Assembly: GCA_000708835.1 (NCBI GenBank) | Contig: DF237077.1 | Coordinates: 1 to 64,000 of the forward strand | Source of the DNA: Klebsormidium nitens | Taxonomy: Eukaryota; Plantae; Klebsormidiophyceae | Direction: 5' to 3' | DNA: 64,000 nt | Translations under genes and position numbers: made by a program | In this document: positions 27,503 to 39,283 of the stretch, one piece after another | Position numbering within the stretch: the stretch's first letter is position 1 | Layout of the letters: each line of letters begins with the position of its first letter | Notes under the pieces: model-generated | Told to the model about the DNA's origin: nothing | The model's database searches: none | What the model saw: only the letters and a program-made list of their open reading frames with translations

Positions 27503-30500
27503 ATGGCTTGCTGCAGCTGCTTTGGTCCCGGCACTCCCAGCAGCTTTCCCCCCAGCGGCAAGAAGTACAGCCGCGAGCTGCAGAGCTTCTCTGAGCTGAT
27601 CTACGATGCGGGCGGCAGAGAGGAGGGGCGCCTGGGGGGGTATGGCTCCACCACTGGCCTCCTGCGTAGGAGGAGTGGCCCAGATGGGAGGAACGGGGGG
27701 ACGGTTGAGCGGCACGCGTCCGCTGTGGATGACCTGCAAGACACGCTGAGGGTGAGTTTTGTTGCAGGATAAATGGAGATTAGGGTTTGGAGGAGCGACC
27801 CCCTTGCCATAACAAACAATGAGGCGCTTTAGGCACAAGGGCTGTCTACTACAGAGCGAAAGCTGCCAGGGGTTTGAGAAATTAGCCATGCCCTACCTTT
27901 TAATATCAGTTCAAGAACCAACTTTGAAGCTGAAACTGTAGTTGCGCTTACACTTTACTGGTGCCCATTTGTTAAGGCCGCAGACTTTGTCTGTCTGCTG
28001 ATTGGTCAAGCTCGCAGAAAGTTCTTGGATCCAATCCTCAGGCCACTGGACCTCAGAGCTTGCCCTCCTGAAGCTGTCTCAAGTGACATTTGTCTGCCAA
28101 CATGCTCTGACCCCAACTCTTCGGTGAGATGAGAGGACAGGCTCCACAGCATTGCATCAAACACCATTGGCACTGCACTGAAGCAGTTAAAGAGCACTCA
28201 AGGCACAGCCCGCAAGCGCTCAACCTCTCTTTTCAAGCTGCAGTTGAGCAATAGTCAGCCGACTTCTTAACAAAAGAATTCTCAGAACTTTTAAAAGATT
28301 TGAAACAAAGCCTCATCACCACATCAACGGCAGGGTAAACACCAATCCTTTGTTTCACAGGACATGAGCTATCATGAACGTGACAAGCTCCTGAGGACAG
28401 ACCTCCTTCTCTTAGCCCCGGTCGTGCGGGAGCTCTTCCCCTACCTCCCCGAAACTCACTACACATACGTGCTGCCGTACGCTGATGATCTGGATGAAAG
28501 GGCGTCCGACTACCTGGCCAGTGTCCTGGAGAGCATGCGGATTGACCTGGTGAGACCACGGTCAGCTTGGGCAGACAGCATCCATGAAAATAGTTTTACG
28601 ATTGTCCAGTTCCAAAGTGGTCGTTCCTGACTTTTTGTTGTGATATCGAGACGAGGAATTTGCAGGCTGGCGGTCCCGGCTTCCAGTCGTAATAGCAAGA
28701 TGAAGGACTAGGACGAAAGCGTGGGCTTTTCACAAACTACGGGTTCAACCGTCACCTAAACCGGGCGGTACGATCGGTTTCTGGCTTCTTTCCCTTTGTT
28801 GCTTTATTCTTCCACGTTATCGACACGGCGAAGAAGCTACTCTTTGCTGCAGGGTGCAACGGTGGTCCCGCTGCATACCACGGGCGACGGCAACTGTTTG
28901 CTGCACGCCGCCAGCCGTGGCATCTGGGGAGTGGAGCTGTTCTCGGACCTGCTGCGCCACAAGGTGTGCGAGGAACTGCAGGACCACCACGAATGGTAAG
29001 AACAGCTGGCGTTGTGGTCCTTGCTGCTAGAATGACCCACAAATGCTAGCCATAGGTCTTCCTTTTTTGGCTTAATATCATGTGATAAGCGCTGTCAAAG
29101 ATTTCATAGATACTGAAGCCAGTTGCAGGTATCGATATCTACACAAGACTTCTTGTTAGATCTAACACAACGTCAAAATAGCATTGATGTACTCTGCCTT
29201 GGATAGTCCGTCTGCCCAGTACGCTCTTCTGATGCACCAGAGCGACCCTTTTCATTTTCAACTGCTGTGCATCGCTTGCAGGTACGAGTCCAAGCTTTCC
29301 CGAGCAGAGGTTGCGGAGGCGCTGGAGCAAGTCCGTCAGCCGTACCGCTTTCTGTCCAATCTGCACATTGTGGCGCTGGCACACGTCATCCGGCGGCCCG
29401 TCATCTTATATGCGTCCCACCGCGACGTGCTCGACTTTGGTTGCGGTTACTATGGCATGGCCGGCATGTTTGGGCCGACCCGCTTCGACGTCGATAGCTG
29501 GTACCCGCGACCGCTCGCCGTTGCGTGGTCCAGGTGAGGATTTAATACCCCTTTCAGATTGGAAAGACGCTTTTTGGTCAATCAGATCATTGAAGGGCTT
29601 CTCGAAGCGGAGTTCAAAATAGCTTCAAACGAATGGAAGTCAAAGAAGGGCAGAAACTTCTTGCAAACTGGGTTGAGCCCAGCTCAGCAGCGGCTCTTCT
29701 TGAGTACCTTTTCGTTGTTCTAGGAGTGACTTGCACCCGTTCATGATTCGTTTCCAAAGTTCGAACATGCTGTTGAGCAACGTTTTCCATCAAGGTAATT
29801 TGCGGAACCCCTGAGGGGTGGCCTTCTCAATGTCGAATCTGTGCCCGATGTCTACCCTGAAAGGGAGGAGCTCCGTTTGCATGTTCATCTGCGCTCTCTG
29901 CCATACCGCTCATCCCATCCGTCAGTCCCTCACCACTTCTCCTCAGCTGCAGGGCAGTCACAGAGATGCAATCGAACCCACACTTTGAAAGGCTCCAGAA
30001 CCCGCAACCCAAAAAGTCCCCATTACTCTTCCCAGCTACAACGCATTAATATACAACTTAGCAACTGCCCGCATGCTTTTTTCCTTAGCGACGCTTCATT
30101 TCCCTCTGTGAAAGTCTCACCAGTCCTCCGCAGATGCAACTTGATCCCTCAGGAATGCGACTGAGCTCACTTAATACCTCCAAAACTCGCAGTCCCATAA
30201 CATTCCCCGTTTTGTTTCCCTGCCAGGAGACAGATCTACAAAACCAAAAAATCCCTCTTTTTATTCCAGTCACGAGCACAACCACTTCGTGCCGTTGGTG
30301 TGGAGCGCCAGCCAGGCCCCCGTGGAGTGGCCCGTCCAGGACGAGGGCCCGCGCGCCCCGCGCATGACGCGCACGAAGTCATTCGACATGCACGACCCGT
30401 TTGCGGTGCCGCCGGAGCACCGCGCGCTGCTGTGGGCGCGCGCCAGGGGGGTGCCGGTGCCGCGGCCCGTCTTTGTGCAGAGGCTGGTAGAACAGGTAAG

Positions 30501-33500
30501 CAGACATGTGCAGGAAGAAGTGGGTGATGGAAGCGTGTGTGTGAGCAAAGTGCACGAGCTCTTCTTGTCAGGCGGAGACGGCTTGCAATTGAACAGTTTC
30601 AACGCTTCGTGACTTTAAAAACCTCTGCTTTGGAGACCTTGCTCTGCTTAGGAGACCTTGCCAAAAGGATTCTGTGTTATTGTTTTGACGGCAAAGGTCT
30701 TGCGAATGGTCTTTACTCGTGCTCATTACAAGCTCCTTCTTGCCCTGCGGTCTGCCCCAAATGCATTGAGACCACTGTAGTGACAGCGATCGGTGGAGCC
30801 TGATTGCGCTTCATACGACCAGGCTCAGTAAGTTGAAGATTTGAAGATTGCCCTTACCGTTGGGGAGCCGCTGTCGCTTTCGAACGTCAGGAGGCGCCTG
30901 ACCGCGCCGCCCCGCTCGTCGTGTGCAGATCCGGCAACAGGTGGTGCAGCTGCAGGGCCACATGCTCGCGCGCATGCTCGACTCGGGGGCCTTGGACCAA
31001 AACCACCACGAAGAGGGCAACCAGGACTGGGCGTCAGCTCCGCTGCAGCCCCCCCCGGCTTCTTCGATCGCCCTTTCTTTCGCCCCCTACGAAGCCCAAA
31101 ACCCCTCCCATGCAAACGGGCGCAGTCATGCCTTTGAGTACGAGAAAAGTCAACAGAACGGGGACGTTTTCGAGGCCCCCGCGCCCCCTCCCTTCCAACC
31201 GGCGTTCTTCGCAAACCCCCTCCACGCCCCTGCCGAGCAAGGCGCCGCGGCGAGCCCGTTCGACCCGTTTGACCCCGCGGTTGGTGCGACTAACCCGTTT
31301 CTTAACCAGCTGCCCCGCTCAGGCACGTCGTATAGCGATTCCACCCCGGTATCCTGGCCCCCTCCGAAGCATGACACCGAAACGTACTCCACGGTACGGC
31401 ACAACAACCTCAGCAGCCACGTGGCTGCCTCCTCAGTCGAGGGCAGCATCTCTGTCGACCCGCACGTGTACCACAGCAAACCGCTCGGGAGGATTCAAAC
31501 CGGGTCCCAAGCGAGCGCGGCGCACCAAGAAACGGGGCCGGGGGGGAGTCCCCGACCGGCCAACCGGAGCCCCAGAACCCCAAAGCCGGGCTCGGTCCTT
31601 AACCCTCTGTCAGAACTTAACCCTCTAGCCGCTCTTAATGGCTCCACACAAATTGACCACAATTCCGCAAGCCCAACCATTCGTACGCCGAAATCGGACA
31701 CGGGGCTTGGTCTTGCATCCGGTGATGCTGTCCGAAACTCAAAGTCGCCGTCCGGAGAAGGGGCGAAACGGCGCGCTTCTGAAGGGCCCTTCGCGGATCC
31801 GGTGGTTAAGCGGACTGCCCGACGGTTGTCCGCCGAACCCCCCTCACATGACACAGCTCAGAGAAGGTGGAAAGTCGCTTCGCACACGATTCGGGGCGCC
31901 GTCCGGATGCGCCGGGCAGCTCTGGCGGTGAAAGTGGATCTGCCGGCGGGGCTCAAAGGGGGATCCCCCTGGTGGAAGCCCGGGGGAGACGAGGGAAGGC
32001 TAAAAGTTCGGGAAGGGGAGGACCCGATCCTGCGGGCGCAGGCCATCTCTCGTTCTCTCAGCACACGGACAAGGATCCCGTTGCAGTCACAAGCGTCCGG
32101 TGAGGGCGGTATTCCGGCGGATTCGGAAGGGAACGGAAGCGCTCTGGCGACCGTGCCGAAGCCAGGGGGCCAGCTTATGAAAAAAGTGTCGGGCGATGTG
32201 CTGGTGCACAGTGGGCAGTATTTGAAGGACGAGCGGGGGCGCGTGGTGTGGGTATCGCTGGCGAAGCAGATTACGCGGAAACTGGAAGGCGTCGCGGTGG
32301 CGGATGCTGCGCTGCAAATACTGGCCAAGGTGAGGCGCAACTGAAGCGGCTGCGAAGGTTGGTTGCACGAATCCCCAGGAGTCCTCAACTTCGTTGTATG
32401 TTTTATCGATTTGTTGGAGGCCGCTTGGGTCTGCTCCGTATCAAGTATAGCCGTGCGCAATGCTGAAAAGCGGGCCTGAACAGAGGCAAACGGATGTCTA
32501 GCTCTCCGCCACGTTGCTTCGTCTGCTCCTATTCTTGATGGGGCCCCGGAGTTCAAGTCTGTGATAACCGTCAACTGGAGCAAGTACCTTGTATCCTTGA
32601 TCTGTGATCTATCGCTCTTGAAACGCATGCCAAAGCCTGCGCTCAAGTCGCGCGAAGTTCTGGATGATCCTGAGCTGTTGTCCATGCTTAGTTACGTTGT
32701 CGGAGGCCTTTTTCTTTTCATGAAGCTTTTGATTGCTGCCAGTCCGATGCACAGAAACCCGTGCATTTGTGTGACAGTCTCTCATTTATGCAACATATGC
32801 ATGGCAATCTCTAACCTTCTCCTCTCCTCCATCCAGCCTTGCCCCATGCACCACTACGCGGCAGCGGCATCGCGGCAGCCCGAGATTGCGATGCTCGCCG
32901 CCACAATGGTGCGGCTCGCGGCAGAATACCGGCTGCTCACGGCGAAACCGCTCCCAGGCATCCGAGTCTCTCTGCCAAACGTAAGCTTCCTCTTTCGCTT
33001 GACACGTCTTCGCTCTGGTTGTCATAACGCCTCATCACCGCTACTTCCTTGAAGGCGTCCTGCGTGTCGAGAGATTCTCTAGTAACTTGGCTCGTTGAGT
33101 TCGTCCTCTTGCCTCGTCTGTACACCTTAGTCGGCGGTTTCGAAACCAGTGCTTAAACACGGGGCGAGTGAAAGAGCAGGTTTCAACCCTCAGAATGCAC
33201 TCGGTATGTTACAAATTCAAGAACTCAAGAGTCGAAAAGGTAATTGTTCATCCAGAGATTCTTCGATTCCAGATCACCACAGCGAAAGCCGAAATTGGCG
33301 GGTGGGTTGAGCAGCAAATCAGACACTCGAGGCGCTTCCACGGTCATGCAGGAGGACGACCTATTCGTCTGCCACGCTGTCCTAACCGGTCCCCAGGGCA
33401 CTCCCTGGGAGGGTCGCTTCTTCCCGGTCGAAATTCACGTGCCTCCCGAATATCCTCGGAGGCCCCCCGACAGTGTGCGCTTCTTGACCGAGATATTTCA

Positions 33501-34029
33501 CCCTAACGTCGATCAACATGGAGTCCCGTACCTAGACTTTGTAGCTTCACGGAGTGCGAAGCCGGGGTCGAGCCCGACCCGGGAAGAGCTGGTGAGTACA
33601 AGGAAGGGAGGGGCAAAAGAACTGGGAAAAGATGGGGAAAGCCGGAGCGGTGAGGTAGTGTCTGCGTCAGCTGGTGAAGAACTAGGAGGGGCGGAGAGCC
33701 GCACGGCCGACGAGATCGTTGTTGCCGCGGAACGGCTTCTGTCCGTTGCGAGTCTGAATGCGGAGTCCGAATCGGGGGATGCGTGCTCGGGAACTAGAGA
33801 GGGCGGCAGCGGTGCATATGACGGAAAAGGGCAGAGGGGACGGCAGTGGGATCCATACCAGGGGCTGAGCTTCGTCTTGAAGAGCGTACAACAATTGCTT
33901 TGGGATGTGGACCTAGAGAACGTAGTAAACAATGAGGCAGCGGCTTTGTTCCGCCAAGATAGAGCGGAGTGGGAGCGCCAAGCGAGGCGAGCTGCCCTCG
34001 CCAGTGGAATATGTCACAGTAACAGCTGA
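27503..34029 (+). CDS. VCPIP1-like OTU deubiquitinase fused to a C-terminal E2/UBC-fold domain lacking the catalytic Cys. Exons 27503-27751, 28361-28549, 28853-28995, 29282-29533, 30270-30495, 30929-32329, 32837-32980, 33352-34029
   Basis: OTU motifs are VVPLHTTGDGNCLLHAASRG (Cys at 28895), LSNLHIVALAHVIRRPVILYA and WSSHEHNHFVPLV (His at 30283). UBC motifs are RLAAEYRLL..KPLPGI, GPQGTPWEG..F..EIHVPPEYP..PP.SVRFLTEIFHPNVDQHGVPYLDF and LENVVNNEAAALF. All junctions are GT-AG and in phase. Confidence 0.8.
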
Positions 34030-35560
34030 AAGCTTCTCTTGAACACGATTGCTTCCTTACTGTCAAAAAATCCGGATCTGGTGGCTAGCTAGGATTTAGG
34101 GGCTGCGATCCGTGCCTCGAGATGCGGAATCTGCTCAGCATAACTGCTTACTCGAGATAGGTACTGTACAAAACACAGTCCTATGGGATATACAATTTGA
34201 TCGACAAGGACTCCTTGAGATTGCATGATTGGTAGCCGGCGGCCTGCAATGATTGCTCGGTATTGTCTACAATTTGCATGATGCAGGTACCTTAACCACT
34301 GCAAAGCAAACAGCGTCTGACCCACGCGTGCGCATCCTGACATATACCTAATTTGGCACGAGGTCCACAGCAATCATTCGGCACAGTTAGTCAGTGCCGA
34401 TTGCTGTGGGCCCATGCAACCGAACAGCTCGCAACGTGCCAAGTCGAAGTGCATGGTGGCGGCTTGGTTACACATGTACATATTGGCTTGCCTCTTTACT
34501 CTTAGTAAAAAGAGGTTTATCCGGTATTGAGTTCCTGGATTGCGGTTCAGGCGACGCTGTACGACGTCGCGCTCTTGTTGCGGTGCGGGCCTGAGTGCTC
34601 ATAAAACGTACAGTGAAGGGGAAAATCTTGGCAAACCTTTGGGCACTTTGTTTTCGATCGCCATGCCCCGTGCGACTGCGTGGAAAGCATGTGCTTCGAA
34701 GTCGAACGCGCCCTAGCGCTGCCGCGCCCAAACCTCTGTATGTAACGCTGTAATGTTTGCGAACCTCATTTTTTTGCACCGAGAGCAGTGCACATGACAC
34801 TGCAATTATCTTACGAGCACTGACCATCGATAATGTATATTGAGCCCCGCATCAGCGTTATAAGAGGCAAGCCCCCACCGCCTCTTCGAGGCGAGCCAGT
34901 CATGTACGATAAGCTCAATGATGGCGCGTTTGCAAGTACAAGTGTGTGACTCGTGTACTTGCATGCCAGGTTTAACGCGTATGGTGGAGGCGCTGTCTAT
35001 AGGTACATGCGCACCATCATCGTCCGTGCAAGGGCCTGTTTACCCATCAAAAGCACTAAGCATGTTAGTGCATGCGACCCCATGTCGAGTAGATGCGCAG
35101 ACCGACTGCACAAAAACGTGCCAAAAGCAGATTTCTTGCACGGATCACACATCTGAGCGAGAGGTGAGGTTGCCCCGTATGTGTAACATTCCAACTACGC
35201 CCGCCCTCATTTGTTTTGGCACTGTAGACAGAGTCCAGCGCAGTCTACCTTCTACATTCAGAACGAAACGAAAGAGACATCAGGAAAAGTACAATTCTTC
35301 AGTCAGGTTGTACGAACTCAATCAGACCATAACAGCCTAGTATTCGACATCTACGACTCATGATCTCTCATCCTACCAGAAAGTGGCATTGCTTGACATC
35401 TCCGGCCACCTGTCTGCACTTGCCGTCACTTACGCACGGCCTGCTGGGCAGACAAGCAAACTTAGCCTGTGCGATTCTACCCGCACAAGACTTTGCTATT
35501 AAAACTCCTAGAAGGTCCGGGGGGGCTTGCAGAATACGCAAGCAGGACCTCAGTTCGGTT

Positions 35561-38500
35561 TTATCGCTTTGCAGCTTTGGGTCTCGGCTTCACTTCGGCT
35601 TCCTGGCACAAAAGATGAAAGACAGTTGTCAATGTTGGTCCCATCATGAGAAAGTAATTCACGTTCGCCCCGCCTTACATACTCATGAATCTGAAGGAAG
35701 ATACTAATGATCCAAGATAGAAATCTGCTCCGACCAGAACTAAAAACCCTAACCCAAAATTTATACCTGCTCCGCACCCATACCCACACTGACCAAAGTA
35801 GCCATAACCGTCCCAGTGCGGTTACCCTCCCAATGTCTCGGCTTACTATTGTATTCTTCTGTTTAATCCCTCCACGGTCAGCCACCGAGATCAAAGAAAC
35901 TTGAATGAGATTGCCGCATGCTCGGCGAAGCGAGAGCAGACTGACCCAAAGGTGAACGTAGAACCACGCTAGGGAGGCCACAAAAGCTTAGATCCATTCT
36001 GACACAGGAATTTTAGGCATTCAGAAAGCAAAGTTCGAGAAATGAAGCAGATTCTGATAAGTTTTGGAAAGGAAACGGGCTCGCGTGTGTGCAGACACCT
36101 GGCGGATGCAAACCAAAACCACAAACCACATATCAAAACCCAATACCAAAAGCAAAAGTCCGCGGGCGCACCTGCGTGGGGTGCATCAGAATGTGGTTCT
36201 TGGTGGTGGCGGGGTTGTGGTTCTCCGCGCCCTTGCTCCAGTCGTAACTAGAGGCGTACGCAAAGATTGTGCCGTCGTGGTTGAAGGCGCTGCACGGGAT
36301 AGGCTGGCTGGACCGCGTCATCGCCTTGAGCCGCTGTTTGCTGTCCTTGTCCCAAAAGTTGTACGCGCCGTCCGATCCGGCAGTTGTGAATGTGCCGTGC
36401 ACCTGGTATAATGAAAGTAAGTTTAGTATCGGGTTTCTTTGGGTGTCTCTCGCATGTCATTCGCAAGCCTGTTGTTTGTAATATAGGGTATGCGGAAGGA
36501 TCTGTCCCGTATCCAGACAGAGGCGTATACAGATCTGAGTAAGTAGAGAGTTTGCAAGCTTTTGGCCGCCATTATCGACGTTATTTGACAAAGACAACCA
36601 CCACGAAAGACCTTCAGGCAGAGCCGACAAAGAGAACAGATCTCTCATCGCTCTCTGTCGCTGTGAACAGGTGATGAGCCTCAAGTGACGGGGAAAACGA
36701 TCACCAAACGCACGCAGCAAAAGCCCGACGACTTCAGCAAGCTTCAAATGGACAATGGTACAGGTAATTGCACTTTCAGCATGACAAATGTTTTCACGTA
36801 TGGACGTCCCTGCAGACATGGCAGAGCCGATAACCACCATATTTAACGTAACCTCGGTTTGTGAGATGTCAAGACCTCCGCCGGCTTGTGCATAACGAGA
36901 AGAGCAGGGTCCGTCGGGAAGTCGTCTCTAAAGGAGGCCTCACCGGGTGAAACTGGATGGAGTTGACGGAGTAGACCTCGTTGTTGTCGCGGTGGCACTT
37001 GAAAGTGAAGTTCTTGGAGCTCTGGGAGTCGTCCAAGTGTTGGACTGCTACCCGTCCCTCTATTGAGCCCACCAGATAGCCCTGCAACGAGGACGGAAAG
37101 ACGATTGCGAATCAAAGATTTGAAAATGGATGCGACTCAGGCAGTCAATACTTTGTTGGAAAAGGAGTGCAAAGATGCGGTCAACAACAGAAGCCCACGG
37201 ATGAGAAACTCTGACCACTGAATTTTCCTCTTTCCGCGGGTCAAATAAGTATCTGCAAAAAGGAAGTTTTACACCTTATAGTTGTTTCACCAGGTATTGA
37301 GACTTCTCTGAAAAACAAAGACTTGCCGAAAAGAACCGCATGACACTCACCTGTTTATCTGGGAACGTTGCTATACACCTCGTTTGGAACTTAAGGGGCG
37401 ACTGGATCCGTTTAAACTCGGCCCCCGGATTTTGAAGGTTGAAGACGATGATGTTGCGGTCCGCCGTGCCCACCACCATAAGCGGGTGCTTCACGCTCAT
37501 AGCATATACCCGCTCCGGCAGCTTCTGGGTGTGCACCGGCTGGTTCTGCCGAAGGTCCCAGTACCTGAATCATGAGAAGACAGAGAAGTTCTTGTATTAT
37601 TCAGCCAAGTCGCTGAGGATGTTGCGAAAGAACTGCGCTCTACTTGGCGTGGGCGTCTAAGCGAGACACTTATTGCCCGTAAACACCACGGCGTCACATT
37701 TCGACAGTCACAATTCAGTTTGATTTCACAACACGGGATGAAAGGCATGTTGAACGCCCACTTTGGCCCGTGAAACATATTACTGCGTAGCCGCCAGAAA
37801 ACCTTTGTTGTAAGTTGGGGTGCATCAGCAATGAGAGGGCTATTGAAAAGGAACGCCGCAACCCCGAACAAAGATTAGCAGCAAATCTATAAGGAAAAGT
37901 TTCTACCTGGGTGGCAGCCTCCAAACATCGTGAGAAGGAAGCCAAAGCAGACATAGCAACCTCACCCCTGAGCATTTCATGCAGACGCCCTTTCAGGCTT
38001 CTAGAGTAATGTGCCAAAATATTCTGCATGTTTCCTTCTCGCCTCAGCAGCAGACAAATCAGCCCTGGAGTGGTCGCCGCGTGCGCTCGCTCACCTGACG
38101 GTTTTGTCCCAGCTCCCTGTGGCCAGCATGTTCATTTCGGGTATCCACGCCAGCTCCTTTATGGGCTCATCGTGCATGGCCACCGTTTGGGGGGGCGCCC
38201 CCGACCCAAGATTCCACAGCTTGGCCTGCTTGTCGCACCCCCCAAAGAAAACAGACGCCCCGTCGTCCTTCCATGCGCTGCATAGCACCTGCAGGGGGCA
38301 GAAAACGAACACTCTGTAGGGGAACAGCGGGTGGATGAGGAAACATATTTGTTGATCGGTTTGGATATGTTTCTCAAAAACGAAGAGTGCAGCCCACCTG
38401 GTGCTAGACAAGCAGTCAAAAGGAGCGCATCCCAGTCATTCACCACACACGTTCACAGAGTTTCCTGCCGGATCAAACTTTCAAATATGCACCGTAAGGT

Positions 38501-39283
38501 GACTAGACACATTCTGCCCATGCTTCTCGCTATAAAGGAAGTGAGCAACAAAGGAAGTCGATAGAGAGGTGGTGCAGACGCTGGATGCTCACTCACCGGT
38601 TGATCGGCCTTTGTTCCAGCTTTTGGGTTTGTCGCGCCGGTCGACTGGACTTCGTAACAGCGGACCTGGACATTGAGAATGTCTTAGACGCAGTTAATTT
38701 GCGTTTCTCAACTGTGACTGGCGACGGCTCTGATTAACGTGAGAAATCTCAGCGATCAATTCAGGCGTTCACGTTGTTGGAAAAGTCATGAAAAAGGCTT
38801 AATCGTGAATCTTCCGGGCATCAATTTCAACTGCAGCCTCACCTCAGTGTCCCAGGATGTTGCTACAAGGTAGTTGGCTTTTGGGCTGAAGCCCAAACTA
38901 GTGATGCCATCATTGGGGGGTTGTTGCACCTGTTTGAGCAATGAAGATAGTCATTAACCATGCACAGACCAAATTGACGGAGCAAAGAGCAGCTATCAAG
39001 TGGTGCCCACATCAGCCAGCCACAACATCCACACAAAATGGGCACGACAGGAGTTGCCAAGCCGTTTATTGCTAAAAACACAGCAAGCTTCGCACCACTA
39101 GCTGGTCGGCAAGAATTTGAGAGGGCGTGTGGGTTCCGACATTAGGCTTGCTCTGAAAGGCATTGTGGACTGGCGCTGTCTGCTGAGCGCTCTCAAAAGC
39201 TGGTTGAATTAAGGCTAGCATCTCACCTCAATATCTTTGTTTGGGTTGTAAGGAGGGGTCACTGCTGCCCCAAAAGTCGCCAT
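35561..39283 (-). CDS. RAE1: mRNA export factor RAE1/Gle2 (WD40), 8 exons
   Basis: MATFGAAVTPPYNPNKDIE|VQQPPNDGITSLGFSPKANYLVATSWD, MLATGSWDKTVR|YWDLR, QSPLKFQTRC, GYLVGSIEGRVAV, FTFKCHR, GSDGAYNFWDKDSKQRLK, FAYASSYDWSKG and the final exon EAEVKPRPKAAKR*. Confidence 0.96.
35740..35820 (+). repeat. Dispersed repeat copy in the last RAE1 intron
   Basis: ctaaaaaccctaacccaaaatttatacctgctccgcacccatacccacactga, close to the copy at 52905-52960. Confidence 0.6.

Noticed and set aside
31858-32685. 275-aa minus-strand ORF (and 30921-31628 in the alternate + frame)
   Set aside because: Overlap the large OTU-UEV exon, with no recognisable motifs, and are explained by GC-rich coding DNA.
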